Shown: positions 34,340 through 48,430 of the stretch, in pieces
How positions within the stretch are numbered: position 1 is the first letter of the stretch
Layout: every line of letters starts with the position of its first letter
Source of the DNA: Amphiscolops sp. MND2022
Lineage: Eukaryota
DNA length: 64,000 nucleotides
Direction: 5' to 3'
Assembly (NCBI GenBank): GCA_964187785.1
Contig: OZ076413.1
Location: forward strand, 48,610,001 to 48,674,000
Translations under genes and position numbers: made by a program
Notes under the pieces: model-generated
Databases searched by the model: none
Seen by the model: the letters and a program-made list of their open reading frames with translations, nothing else
Told to the model about the DNA's origin: nothing

Positions 34340-35990
34340 TGGCCATAGAGGTACTCTGGCTTTGTTCTGACCACTCTATATTTTCTCAGATGCGCTTTCT
34401 TCTGAGCGATTTTTCTTTTTGCAAATTCTATTCGTCTTTCTGATCTCCAGCTACTTCTGATTTGTTTCTTTTATTTCTGCTGCCATAATTTGAGCTTGGG
34501 GTTTCTTATAATCTTCTTGCAAATTTTTGCTGATTCTGAGTTCCTCAAACAGTTCAAAAGGTCTACTGTATTGTCTGTACGCCCGTAACCCAGGTTTTTC
34601 CAGCTGAATTCATCTAGTTGGCGCTTCACCTCTACTTCCACCATTGGAAAGTCACATAAAATGTCTGGTATCATGTCTTCGAATCACGTCAAGCAAAATA
34701 CGGAAGTCGACAAGTAGGTGTAGGCGCCAAAAGGGGCGCTGAATTGGCCTCACATGTATTCCGTTGTTTGATACAATTAATGCTAGAGAAAACGTTTGAA
34801 ATACCCCCTGAAGTTTATAAGTTCTCACACTCGGCGTACAGTCGACCAAGTTTCCTTTTTTACGGTGAGTTAGTAATCAAATAATTTGACGGGACCCAGC
34901 AAGGATATCCGGAGTCTCCAGCTTTATTCTCGGATTCCATTCAGTATCTGATTGACAGTTTGGAGTCGAAAATAAACTTATGGTACCTAGACGATGGAAG
35001 GAAGTTTAGACGATGATTACAGAACCGTTTTGAAAGACCTTTTCCGAGTACTTTGCTATTAGACTTCTGTCGTATGAGTAACAGTTCGAACTAAGGCAGA
35101 CTAATTGACTCGCCTTACATTTTTGCTCCTCCGTTAGGTTGTGTTCGATTTCAGTAAAACACAAGTACTTTAACCATAACTCGGAATCTAGCCAACAAAA
35201 TTTAGAGAAACAACTATTCCAAAAAACAATAAACGAAAGAAAAATTACCTCATCTTCTCATAATTTATGAAATGTTACATCCGAACTTTGAAACGTCACT
35301 CAACTTGACTTCAATGCTCGAACTGTGTGGTCTGTACCGAACTGATGGCAAATTCCCAAATGGTGTTACCATGATTCCTTGGGAAATGGGTTAACAGCTG
35401 AAGTGGGATGTCACGGTTGTGGATCCTCTTGCACCCAGTCGCCAGAATCAAGTCTCCTTATGCAACCCGGGAACCACCGCCATCGAGGTTGAAGCGCGTA
35501 AAATCGAAAAGTATCGCGAATTAATAGACAATGGATACATTTTTCAACCGGTGGCTTTGGAGTGCAGTGAAAATTTCATCACGCGTTTCTGTAAAGCGCT
35601 CTGTCGTTCGCACGACGATCACCGAGTTGGGTTTGAGGCTGGTATGAATAGTTTGTTGGTTGTTTTGTTACTGAGATAGTTCCCTACTTTCGTTGCAGAC
35701 CACGGGCGTGTGTCTTCTCCCTCCAACATGATCATGGATTTCAATGGCTATTCAGATGCGGTCTGTGTTCTAGCAACTGTTAGCGATAGAGATGCGTTCG
35801 AAAAATTTAATTACGTATATTTCATTTTTGAACCTCTTTATCATTGTAGCTTCAAAAAAAATTCTACTGGTCGACAGGGATAGTGGTTGGTATGGGGTTT
35901 CCTACTTTTGTTGCAGACCACGGGTGTGTGTCTTCTCTCCCCCTCCCCCAACATGATGATACACATGGCAGTTGATTGATGACGAAGATC
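34340..35990 (+). repeat. Scrambled inverted copy of LINE/CRE segments (CCHC piece, CRE RT, pre-Gypsy junction, CRE endonuclease and 3' end)
   Basis: Reverse-complement matches to about 31650-31950, 32320-32690, 10663-10905 plus 31414, and 10170-10660. Confidence 0.75.
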
Positions 35991-36104
35991 CATCTGATAA
36001 AGGAAGAAAAATATAAAAAAACTTTGAAAACGTTAGATCCGAACTTTGAAAATATATTTTTCGCCATCAACTCAGTAGGCCCCTCTTTGCGGGAGGATGT
36101 AAAG

Positions 36105-39100
36105 TTTTTTTTTCCGTTTGGGTGAGTAACAGTTTGTTGAAGTGAAAATGTCACGGGTGAGGTTCTTCGATGTCGGACAGTCGGTATCGTCGAAGATGTC
36201 AAAGAGGACAATTTTATTTGGACGGAAGGCAGAAATTTTGCTTCAGACAAAAAATAGTGGTATGAGTTGTCTTCATCACCACATGATCACTTCGGGGAGG
36301 CGCATTTGCTTAACTTCAATTTGATCTCATCGAATATCGTCGTGCTGGCCATAAGTAGGCTGCAGATTTGGTTTGTATAATAGGAATTTCCCTTAATACG
36401 TGGGCAATGTTTACCAACAGGGGGTTTCGAGTGAATGAAATTGGTAAGGAAGACACCGGTCAGTGGGCTTTTCTATCGGTTCAGCCATAAAGTATTTAGA
36501 TATGTGGATATCAATTCAGGGGTGTAATCAATTTCGGTTGTGTTAGTCACTTTGCAATGCCTTCTCCAAATACTTTCCAGGACGCAACTCTTGCTGCAAT
36601 TTTGGGTTATTGCTTGGTTGTGGGTTGCCTGTATTACGTCGTTTTTTTTTGCTTTGTATTGAAGAAAATTTGACTGCTAGACTTTGACAGAAAAAGTAAA
36701 TTGGTGGGATCCATGTGCGAGCTTCAGCTGTCAGCTGTACTAATAATTGGCGATAAACAGTTTTTGATAACCGATCTCAGGATATTTTGGAAGAGTTGTA
36801 GGGATTTGATATTATTTTGTGCCCATTTTGGTAATGAATATAAATTTTGGGGTTGTATGACAGATCGATAAAGATAGACTAGGGTCGGAAAGGTAATACC
36901 CCACTTAGTGCTCCAATGCTCGCGAAGGATATGCCACTCTGCGTAACTTTGGTAACTGAGATTTCAGTGTGTTGTTTGTATTTGAGTTTAGAATCGATGT
37001 TGAGCCCGACTTATTCCGTGGTTTCACTAATTTTGCTGTTTTTTTGTTTAGTTTGATCTGTGTTAAGTCTTTGTGTGATTTGGTTAAGGAAAATTTTTGG
37101 TTTTTGATTTGTTTACAGCCATTCTTCAGCGTCTAGACCACATTTTGACATCTAAGTGGTGTCCTATAACGATTCAGCGATTTTTTGTCCGAACAGAAGT
37201 ACTAAAGAACCATCGGGATATTTGAAGCGTTTGATTGAGTTGGACAGGAAATCGGAGATGAAAATATTAAATAGCACAGGGGAGAGAACGCTTCCTTGTG
37301 GTAGTCCAAAATGGATACTGAACAGCGGTGAGATGTGAAGATCTAGGTTAATCTGTCCTTTTCTGGAATGAAGGCGTCAATCATTTTTATCATTTTCCCA
37401 TTTATCTTCAGATTCTTCACTTTGTACATCAAGCCATCGACCCACACACTGTCGAAAACCTCCTCAATTTCTACCTTTAGAAGTGCTGGAGATTTTTCAT
37501 GCGCTTTTGCCAATTCGCATTCGAGATCGAGTCTGTAAAGTGATCTAAGCGTGTTCTTTCTTCTTTGAATCACTTCTTGTTCTTCTTTGATGAGACTTTC
37601 TTCCTCAAACAAGGTACGCAGTCGTCACTCGATAGTTCTTTCCAACAACTTCCCAGTGTGGCTTGATATCGATATGGGTCGTAATCTTGATGCAAAGTCA
37701 TAAGCGCTCTTATAAGCTCGCTTAGTGAAAATGATCTTTGTAGTTGGCAAGTTGTTTTAGTCCTGCACATATTGAATAAATCAAGAACTGCTAACTTGGT
37801 ATTTGGTCCCCAGTTTTGCAACATTTTGGGATGGATGAGATCGTTGTCGAACGAACTTCTTTTGACAATTTTCGAGGTTTTCTGCAGTTCAGAAAGTATT
37901 AATTCATCTTGTCATATATTTAATGTCTCCTTCTGCAATTGGATAAGGACTTCCGTTTGCAGATACCTCTCTGTTGCCTATTGTAAACCTGTTGTAAACC
38001 TAAGCCTATTGTAAACTGACCAGAACTGTTTTCCGTGTTTATGTCCCATTTCGGCTAAATTTTTACACATTAGTGCTGATGCACCCTCGACAGTAATGTT
38101 TGAAATCATCTTTATTTTATTGTAGATGATGACGGTTTCGATAGTTGGAGTTGTTTTTGAACTTGCGCCTCAAGACTCTTAATCCATTACTGGCTTTAGT
38201 GAGTTGCTTGTTCCGGAACGATTTGCTGTTTCTATTAGTTCGTTTTGTCGGATATAAAGATTTGTAGCTTCGGTCAGTAGTCGTTTAGGTGATTCCCAGC
38301 AGCGCTCGAGGTCCTGATTCCAAGTTGCTGGGTCACAAATTTTTTGTTGTAAAACGTTTCGGCAAGATTGCCAATCCGCCTTTTCTATCCACGGCTTGGA
38401 TTGTACGGCGTGAGGTTTTGTGATACTTTTAACTTTAGACAAACTGGAATGTGCCCTCTTGCTGGACCGCCAGTGAAAACTTCCGTTTAATCGTCTGTTG
38501 TAAGACGTATCGGTTTTGAAGATAAGGGCTGAGTCATAATGCGTAAGTCAGTGACGCAATGGCCATTTGATGCTAGGAAAGTAGGTTCACCATTATTGTT
38601 CACAGCGACATTCTTGTTCAATCTATCGACTAACATGGTTCCATGATCGTTTGAGGTTGTGTTTCCCCAATATAAGTGTCTGGCATTCAGATCCCAGAAA
38701 ATGAGCACGCCTTTGAAGTCACTTCGAGCAATATGATCGAAAGCAGAATCGTATTGTTCTAACCAGATTCGCATTTGTTTCGGACTATTAGGGGGAACGT
38801 AAGCTGAGCTAATCAGAACTATATGAGCGCGGACGATTGTGGCGAGAAAAATGCTATCAATTTCGCTGGATTTAAGCTCGGTCCATCTAGTGTAACGAAG
38901 AGTTTGTCTCATTAGTATTACTAAGCTCTGGTCTTTTCATGAGTTTTGAGTGTTAGAGATTGTGTAGAGTCAATGTTGAAGTGTTTCTAGTTGGCGCTTT
39001 TTTCTTGAAACGAGCCCGACTATTACAGTGGCTAGTTTTTTTCTTTTTTTCGTCAGAGCACAGACCTCCTCATGTATGCACCACTTTTCAGTACAGACTT

Positions 39101-40165
39101 CACTCCGTTAACGATGAACCCAGCTGTCACGGGTTCGAATCCTTGCTTTAGCCAGAAACTTTTTCGAGCATCGGCGAAAGCGGACGAGACCCTCGTTCAA
39201 CTTTTTTTTTGCCCTGTGCGACTTTTTCCCAATAATTGTTGCCTTCAAAGGGTCCCACCTTCAAGTTTTATGATATTTAGCAGCAAACAAAAATTCCAAA
39301 AAGCCCAAAGGGTCTCCCTTTTTAAGTAATTCGGCCTCGGCACTGTGAGATTGTTCAAAGTTCTCTTTTTTCAGTTCATTTCGAAAATTTCAAAACAAAT
39401 TCGAAAATTTTGTCTCCAAAGGCTCCCCCTTTATTTTTTTGATTTTTTGCAAGAAATTGGGTTTTCAAAATGCCCAAAGCATTCCCCTTTCACATTTTTA
39501 AAATGTTTTGCGGTTTTTAAGCCTTAGAAATAGCGCTAATTCTAGACGTTCCCGTCTTTTTTTTGTCTAATTAAAGCACATACAGATCGGTTATTGCTCG
39601 TTGAGGTATTTTTTTAAAACATTTTTGCAATGGTCGCTGATTCTGTTAACATTTAGTACCAACAAACGGCAGCAGTAACGTGTCATTGTTCTTATTTCCT
39701 AGGTTTTCGATCCACTGCTGAACTGATATGAGTATCGGTATCCCACGAGCGTTGTATACTGTTTTTATTTGTTTTAGGTAGGTTGGGCAGTCTGTAGAGT
39801 CGGTTGGTTGAATTCCGTGGCAGTTAGCAAACTTTGGTGGTGCGGATTTTGAACATTGGTTTCAACTGTGATTTCCGCTACAGTGGCCACAGGTTTGATT
39901 AGTTCTACAATTTAGTTATATATGTCCAAATTTTTCGCAGTTGAAACAGCGAAACACCGTCTTATTGTTGAAATCCTTTGTTCAACGTGTGTTGGTTTGT
40001 AGAAGAGTGAGTCAATGCATAAACCTTTGTTGACGCCTTTCTCCGCATCCTTGACAGTTTTTAAGATGATTTTAGCTGTTTCAAGTTTCGTTTGATCACG
40101 TTTATTGAACCTCGTAACTTTTACGTTATCAAAGGAGTGATGGTTTGAAATGTTTATTTCGGAGT
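36105..40165 (-). mobile_element. APE-type LINE, 5'-truncated duplicate (ORF1 C-terminus, ORF2, poly-A)
   Basis: Endonuclease SAYVPP and DLNARHLYWG; RT FDSVW..GL.YK and GLPQGSVLSPVLFNIF; C-terminal C.CG...YHYF knuckle; T run at 36105-36113. Confidence 0.85.
38984..39558 (+). mobile_element. Helentron/HINE-like element inserted in the LINE
   Basis: Same termini as 9661-10156: TAGTTGGCGCTTT...GCCCGACTATTACAGT and AGCGCTAATTCTAGACGTTCCCGTCT. Internal box-B-like GGTTCGAATCC. Confidence 0.75.
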
Positions 40166-41944
40166 GAAAATGTCACGGGTGAGGTTCTTCGAAGTCGGAC
40201 AGTCGGTATCGTCGAAGATGTCAAAGAGAACAATTTTTTTTGGACGGAAGGCAGAAATTTTGCTTCAGACAAAAAATAGTGGTATGAGTTGTCTTCATCA
40301 CCACATGAGCACTTCGGGGAGGCGCATTTGCTTAACTTCAATTTGATCTCATCGAATATCGTCGTGCTGGCCATAAGTAGGCTGCAGATATAGTTTGTAT
40401 AATAGGAATTTCCCTTAATACGTGGGCAATGTTTACCAACAGGGGGTTTCGAGTGAATGAAATTGGTAAGGAAGACACCGGTCAGTGGGCTTTTCTATCG
40501 GTTCAGCCATAAAGTATTTAGATATGTGGATATCAATTCAGGGGTGTAATCAATTTCGGTTGTGTTAGTCACTTTGCAATGCCTTCTCCAAATACTTTCC
40601 AGGACGCAACTCTTGCTGCAATTTTGGGTTATTGCTTGGTTGTGGGTTGCCTGTATTACGTCGTTTTTTTTTTGCTTTGTATTGAAGAAAATTTGACTGC
40701 TAGACTTTGACAGAAAAAGTAAATTGGTGGGATCCATGTGCGAGCTTCAGCTGTCAGCTGTACTAATAATTGGCGATAAACAGTTTTTGATAACCGATCT
40801 CAGGATATTTTGGAAGAGTTGTAGGGATTTGATATTATTTTGTGCCCATTTTGGTAATGAATATAAATTTTGGGGTTGTATGACAGATCGATAAAGATAG
40901 ACTAGGGTCGGAAAGGTAATACCCCACTTAGTGCTGCAATGCTCGCGAAGGATATGCCACTCCGCGTATTTTTGGCAACTGAGATTTCAGTGTGTTGTTT
41001 GTATTTGAGTTTAGAATCGATGTTGAGCCCGACTTATTCCGTGGTTTCACTAATTTTGCTGTTTTTTTGTTTAGTTTGATCTGTGTTAAGTCTTTGTGTG
41101 ATTTGGTTAAGGAAAATTTTTGGTTTTTGATCTGTTTACAGCCATTCTTCAGCGTCTAGACCACATTTCGACATCTAAGTGGTGTCCTATAACGATTCAG
41201 CGATTTTTTGTCCGAACAGAAGTACTAAAGAACCATCGGGATATTTGAAGCGTTTGATTGAGTTGGACAGGAAATCGGAGATGAAAATATTAAATAGCAC
41301 AGGGGAGAGAACGCTTCCTTGTGGTAGTCCAAAATGGATACTGAACAGCGGTGAGATGTGAAGATCTAGGTTAATCTGTCCTTTTCTGGAATGAAGGCGT
41401 CAATCATTTTTATCATTTTCCCATTTATCTTCAGATTCTTCACTTTGTACATCAAGCCATCGACCCACACACTGTCGAAAACCTCCTCAATTTCTACCTT
41501 TAGAAGTGCTGCAGATCTTTCATGCGCTTTTGCCAATTCGCATTCGAGATCGAGTCTGTAAAGTGATCTAAGCGTGTTTTTTCTTATTTGAATCACTTCT
41601 TGTTCTTCTTTGATGAGACTTTCTTCCTCAAACAAGGTACGCAGTCGTCACTCGATAGTTCTTTCCAACAACTTCCCAGTGTGGCTTGATATCGATATGG
41701 GTCGTAATCTTGATGCAAAGTCATAAGCGCTCTTATAAGCTTGCTTAGTGAAAATGATCTTTGTAGTTGGCAAGTTGTTTTAGTCCTGCACATATTGAAT
41801 AAATCAAGAACTGCTAACTTGGTATTTGGTCCCCAGTTTTGCAACATTTTGGGATGGATGAGATCGTTGTCGAACGAACTTCTTTTGACAATTTTCGAGG
41901 TTTTCCTCAGTTCAGAAATTATTAATTCATCTTGTCATATATTT
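40163..41944 (-). mobile_element. APE-type LINE, partial copy (RT and C-terminus)
   Basis: Near-identical to about 36141-37922. Confidence 0.85.
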
Positions 41945-41950
41945 ATTTAT

Positions 41951-42228
41951 ATTCCCATCTTGCTAAGCGAGGTCGAACAGGAGCAAAGACCTAGCGGGAA
42001 CGAAGATTGCGAAGCGATCGTAGTGGGAGCTGGTCTTTGCGACGGTGAGGGCGAGCGTGCATACACCGCATATGCCCCGCATTTTGATATTTCCGGGAGT
42101 TGACATATTTATTCCTTGAGTTGGAATGGAGTTGGCTTAATTTTGTGGTCACTTGGCTTAAAATTTTTAAGCCAAATGACTCGACGAAAAAATTAAGCCA
42201 AATGGTATTAAGCCAAGTGACTGGTAAC
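41951..42228. mobile_element. MITE fragment
   Basis: 41951-42075 matches the interior of the 13543-13972 MITE. It is followed by inverted and tandem TTAAGCCAA sub-repeats ending GGTAACC. Confidence 0.55.
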
Positions 42229-42340
42229 CAACCTCAATACTCTCGTGAAACAGGCGCTGAGTTCCATCAAAGTTCCCTCAATTTTGAAACCATATGGTCT
42301 GGCCCGAACAGATGGAAAGCGCCCAGATGGAATTACCCTA
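42229..42340 (+). mobile_element. Fragment of a second CRE family (REL region)
   Basis: NLNTLVKQALSSIKVPSILKPYGLARTDGKRPDGITL. Confidence 0.6.
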
Positions 42341-45300
42341 GGCGTACAGTCGACCAAGTTTCCTTTTTTACGGTGAGTTAGTAATCAAATAATTTGACGG
42401 GACCCAGCAAGGATATCCGGAGTCTCCAGCTTTATTCTCGGATTCCATTCAGTATCTGATTGACAGTTTGGAGTCGAAAATAAACTTATGGTACCTAGAC
42501 GATGGAAGGAAGTTTAGACGATGATTACAGAACCGTTTTGAAAGACCTTTTCCGAGTACTTTGCTATTAGACTTCTGTCGTATGAGTAATAGTTCGAACT
42601 AAGGCAGACTAATTGACTCGCCTTACATTTTTGCTCCTCCGTTAGGTGGTGTTCGATTTCAGTAAAACACAAGTACTTTAACCATAACTCGGAATCTAGC
42701 CAACAAAATTTAGAGAAACAACTATTCCAAAAAACAATAGACGAAAGAAAAATTACCTCATCGTCTCATAATTTATGAAATGTTACATCCGAACTTTGAA
42801 ACGTCACTCAACTTGACTTCAATGCTCGAACTGTGTGGTCTGTACCGAACTGATGGCAAATTCCCAAATGGTGTTACCATGATTCCTTGGGAAATGGGTT
42901 AACAGCTGAAGTGGGATGTCACGGTTGTGGATCCTCTTGCACCCAGTCGCCAGAATCAAGTCTCCTTATGCAACCCGGGAACCACCGCCATCGAGGTTGA
43001 AGCGCGTAAAATCGAAAAGTATCGCGAATTAATAGACAATGGATACATTTTTCAACCGGTGGCTTTGGAGTGCAGTGAAAATTTCATCACGCGTTTCTGT
43101 AAAGCGCTCTGTCGTTCGCACGACGATCACCGAGTTGGGTTTGAGGCTGGTATGAATAGTTTGTTGGTTGTTTTGTTACTGAGATAGTTCCCTACTTTCG
43201 TTGCAGACCACGGGCGTGTGTCTTCTCCCTCCAACATGATCATGGATTTCAATGGCTATTCAGATGCGGTCTGTGTTCTAGCAACTGTTAGCGATAGAGG
43301 TGCGTTCGAAAAATTTAATTACGTATATTTCATTTTTGAACCTCTTTATCATTGTAGCTTCTACTGGTCGACAGGGATAGTGGTTGGTATGGGGTTTCCT
43401 ACTTTTGTTGCAGACCACGGGTGTGTGTCTTCTCTCCCCCTCCCCCAACATGATGATACACATGGCAGTTGATTGATGACGAAGATCCATCTGATAAAGG
43501 AAGAAAAATATAAAAAACTTTGAAAACGTTAGATCCGAACTTTGAAAATATATTTTTCGCCATCAACTCAGTAGGCCCCTCTTTGCGGGAGGATGTAAAG
43601 TTTTTTTTCCGTTTGGGTGAGTAACAGTTTGTTGAAGTGAAAATGTCACGGGTGAGGTTCTTCGATGTCGGACAGTCGGTATCGTCGAAGATGTCAAAGA
43701 GGACAATTTTATTTGGACGGAAGGCAGAAATTTTGCTTCAGACAAAAAATAGTGGTATGAGTTGTCTTCATCACCACATGATCACTTCGGGGAGGCGCAT
43801 TTGCTTAACTTCAATTTGATCTCATCGAATATCGTCGTGCTGGCCATAAGTAGGCTGCAGATTTGGTTTGTATAATAGGAATTTCCCTTAATACGTGGGC
43901 AATGTTTACCAACAGGGGGTTTCGAGTGAATGAAATTGGTAAGGAAGACACCGGTCAGTATGCTTTTCTATCGGTTCAGCCATAAAGTATTTAGATATGT
44001 GGATATCAATTCAGGGGTGTAATCAATTTCGGTTGTGTTAGTCACAGAAAAAGTAAATTGGTGGGATCCATGTGCGAGCTTCAGCTGTCAGCTGTACTAA
44101 TAATTGGCGATAAACAGTTTTTGATAACCGATCTCAGGATATTTTGGAAGAGTTGTAGGGATTTGATATTATTTTGTGCCCATTTTGGTAATGAATATAA
44201 ATTTTGGGGTTGTATGACAGATCGATAAAGATAGACTAGGGTCGGAAAGGTAATACCCCACTTAGTGCTGCAATGCTCGCGAAGGATATGCCACTCTGCG
44301 TAACTTTGGCAACTGAGATTTCAGTGTGTTGTTTGTATTTGAGTTTAGAATCGATGTTGAGCCCGACTTATTCCGTGGTTTCACTAATTTTGCTGTTTTT
44401 TTGTTTAGTTTGATCTGTGTTAAGTCTTTGTGTGATTTGGTTAAGGAAAATTTTTGGTTTTTGATCTGTTTACAGCCATTCTTCAGCGTCTAGACCACAT
44501 TTTGACATCTAAGTGGTGTCCTATAACGATTCAGCGATTTTTTGTCCGAACAGAAGTACTAAAGAACCATCGGGATATTTGAAGCGTTTGATTGAGTTGG
44601 ACAGGAAATCGGAGATGAAAATATTAAATAGCACAGGGGAAAGAACGCTTCCTTGTGGTAGTCCAAAATGGATACTGAACAGCGGTGAGATGTGAAGTTC
44701 TAGGTTAATCTGTCCTTTTCTGGAATGAAGGCGTCAATCATTTTTATCATTTTCCCATTTATCTTCAGATTCTTCACTTTGTACATCAAGCCATCGACCC
44801 ACACACTGTCGAAAACCTCCTCAATTTCTACCTTTAGAAGTGCTGCAGATTTTTCATGCGCTTTTGCCAATTCGCATTCGAGATCGAGTCTGTAAAGTGA
44901 TCTAAGCGTGTTCTTTCTTCTTTGAATCACTTCTTGTTCTTCTTTGATGAGACTTTCTTCCTCAAACAAGGTACGCAGTCGTCACTCGATAGTTCTTTCC
45001 AACAACTTCCCAGTGTGGCTTGATATCGATATGGGTCGTAATCTTGATGCAAAGTCATAAGCGCTCTTATAAGCTCGCTTAGTGAAAATGATCTTTGTAG
45101 TTGGCAAGTTGTTTTAGTCCTGCACATATTGAATAAATCAAGAACTGCTAACTTGGTATTTGGTCCCCAGTTTTGCAACATTTTGGGATGGATGAGATCG
45201 TTGTCGAACGAACTTCTTTTGACAATTTTCGAGGTTTTCCTCAGTTCAGAAAGTATTAATTCATCTTGTCATATATTTAATGTCTCCTTCTGCAATTGGA

Positions 45301-46340
45301 TAAGGACTTCCGTTTGCAGATACCTCTCTGTTGCCTATTGTAAACCTGTTGTAAACCTAAGCCTATTGTAAACTGACCAGAACTGTTTTCCGTGTTTATG
45401 TCCCATTTCGGCTAAATTTTTACACATTAGTGCTGATGCACCCTCGACAGTAATGTTTGAAATCATCTTTATTTTATTGTAGATGATGACGGTTTCGATA
45501 GTTGGAGTTGTTTTTGAACTTGCGCCTCAAGACTCTTAATCCATTACTGGCTTTAGTGAGTTGCTTGTTCCGGAACGATTTGCTGTTTCTATTAGTTCGT
45601 TTTGTCGGATATAAAGATTCGTAGCTTCGGTCAGTAGTCGTTTAGGTGATTCCCAGCAGCGCTCGAGGTCCTGATTCCAAGTTGCTGGGTCACAAATTTT
45701 TTGTTGTAAAACGTTTCGGCAAGATTGCCAATCCGCCTTTTCTATCCACGGCTTGGATTGTACGGCGTGAGGTTTCGTGATACTTTTAACTTTAGACAAA
45801 CTGGAATGTGCCCTCTTGCTGGACCGCCAGTGAAAACTTCCGTTTAATCGTCTGTTGTAAGACGTATCGGTTTTGAAGATAATGGCTGAGTCATAATGCG
45901 TAAGTCAGTGACGCAATGGCCATTTGATGCTAGGAAAGTAGGTTCACCATTATTGTTCACAGCGACATTCTTGTTCAATCTATCGACTAACATGGTTCCA
46001 TGATCATTTGAGGTTGTGTTTCCCCAATATAAGTGTCTGGCATTCAGATCCCAGAAAATGAGCACGCCTTTAAAGTCACTTCGAGCAAAATGATCGAAAG
46101 CAGAATCGTATTGTTCTAACCAGATTCGCATTTGTTTCGGACTATTAGGGGGAACGTAAGCTGAGCTAATCAGAACTATATGAGCGCGGACGATTGTGGC
46201 GAGAAAAATGCTATCAATTTCGCTGGATTTAAGCTCGGTCCATCTAGTGTAACGAAGAGTTTGTCTCATTAGTATTACTAAGCTCTGGTCTTTTCATGAG
46301 TTTTGAGTGTTAGAGATTGTGTAGAGTCAATGTTGAAGTG

Positions 46341-46915
46341 TTTCTAGTTGGCGCTTTTTTCTTGAAACGAGCCCGACTATTACAGTGGCTAGTTTTTTTC
46401 TTTTTTTTTCGTCAGAGCACAGACCTCCTCATGTATGCACCACTTTTCAGTACAGACTTCACTCCGTTAACGATGAACCCAGCTGTCACGGGTTCGAATC
46501 CTTGCTTTAGCCAGAAACTTTTTCGAGCATCGGCGAAAGCGGACGAGACCCTCGTTCAACTTTTTTTTGCCCTGTGCGACTTTTTCCCAATAATTGTTGC
46601 CTTCAAAGGGTCCCACCTTCAAGTTTTATGATATTTAGCAGCGAACAAAAATTCCAAAAAGCCAAAGGGTCGCCCTTTTTAAGTAATTCGGCCTCGGCAC
46701 TGTGAGATTGTTCAAAGTTCTCTTTTTTCAGTTCATTTTGAAAATTTCAAAACAAATTCGAAAATTTTGTCTCCAAAGGCTCCCCCTTTATTTTTTTGAT
46801 TTTTTGCAACAAATTGGGTTTTCAAAATGCCCAAAGCATTCCCCTTTCACAATTTTAAAATATTTTGCGGTTTTTAAGCCTTAGAAATAGCGCTAACTTT
46901 AGACGTTCCCGTCTT
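46341..46915 (+). mobile_element. Helentron/HINE-like element (duplicate of 38984-39558)
   Basis: Same termini and same insertion point in the LINE. Confidence 0.75.
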
Positions 46916-48430
46916 TTTTGTCTAATTAAAGCACATACAGATCGGTTATTGCTCGTTGAGGTATTTTTCTAAAACATTTTTGCAATGGTCGCTGATTCTG
47001 TTAACATTCAGTACCAACAAACGGCAGCAGTAACGTGTCATTGTTCTTATTTCCTAGGTTTTCGATCCACTGCTGAACTGATATGAGTATCGGTATCCCA
47101 CGAGCGTTGTATACTGTTTTTATTTGTTTTAGGTAGGTTGGGCAGTCTGTAGAGTCGGTTGGTTGAATTCCGTGGCAGTTAGCAAACTTTGGTGGTGCGG
47201 ATTTTGAACATTGGTTTCAACTGTGATTTCCGCTACAGTGGCCACAGGTTTGATTAGTTCTACAATTTAGTTATATATGTCCAAATTTTTCGCAGTTGAA
47301 ACAGCGAAACACCGTCTTATTGTTGAAATCCTTTGTTCAAAGTGTGTTGGTTTGTAGAAGAGTGAGTCAATGCATAAACCTTTGTTGACGCCTTTCTCCG
47401 CGTCGTTGACAGTTTTTAAGATGATTTTAGCTGTTTCAAGTTTCGTTTGATCACGTTTATTGAACCTCGTAACTTTTACGTTATCAAAGGAGTGATGGTT
47501 TGAAATGTTTATTTCGGAGTCGTCTATATCAGTGGGGACCCTCTTGATAATCACAGTTTTGTTAGGTTTTTCAATATCGTTGGCTCTTCGAATATTACTT
47601 TGGTTTCCAAAGAAAGTTGGTTACCATTTCTTGAAGACTTCTCTGGCTTCCGTTGTGGTCAGAAATTCAAGATGGATAGTGCGTCTAACTGTGGTGAAGG
47701 CGTAGGTCAGTCGTTTCAATGGAACATTTTTTGCAATTTCTTTCGTGATAGCGACGCTGTTTGAGAACTTTCAAGTGTTCGTAACAATCAGGGTTTTGTT
47801 CAAACTAACTTAGTCTTGAAGACCAGGTTGTTCATCAGCCGTTTTGGTTTGTTGTGGAGGACATGATTCGACTGGTGAAACTGTTTCGGCATATGCTTTT
47901 TTGCTGTGAAGTTACTCCACTTAGGTTTTTAGTTCCTCGATGTTTGTTTGGAGTGTATCGAACGCATTTGGTCTTCTAGTTTTTAGTCCTGGATATCGTT
48001 CAGTCTCGAAGTTAAGTTTGTCAGAAGCTCCACTAAGCTGGTGCCTTTCAGAAGTCCTTCACATGATTTCAATACCAGTGGACCGCATTGTATTTGTGTA
48101 ATGTAGGCGGATCCTCTTGTTCGATTTCGGCGCATGAGCTATGTCACCGAATATTACAACCGTTTCACTGGATTGATTTATCGTTTTTCTTGAAATTTTG
48201 CTTGCAAACTTTCGGAGGCTGTTCTGCAACCAGTGAAGGCCCAGTCCAATTAATGACATCTGATTCGCATATTGTAATTGGGTACTTCCCGCTGTAGTGA
48301 TTGATAGATAAGGGTCCAGTTCGGGCCGGTTTCTGAGAACACTTATGCAAGGGAAACCTAAAACACTGGGCTCAACACCAGGACAACTGAAATGACTTAT
48401 TATTATAACGAATGCAATCACTTTTATAAG

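Larger units (their letters stand above)
34833..47520. repeat. Segmental duplication: 34833-40165 repeated at 42341-47520, with a partial third LINE copy at 40163-41944
   Basis: Near-identical sequence, shared ORF-track translations and a shared HINE insertion. Confidence 0.9.
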
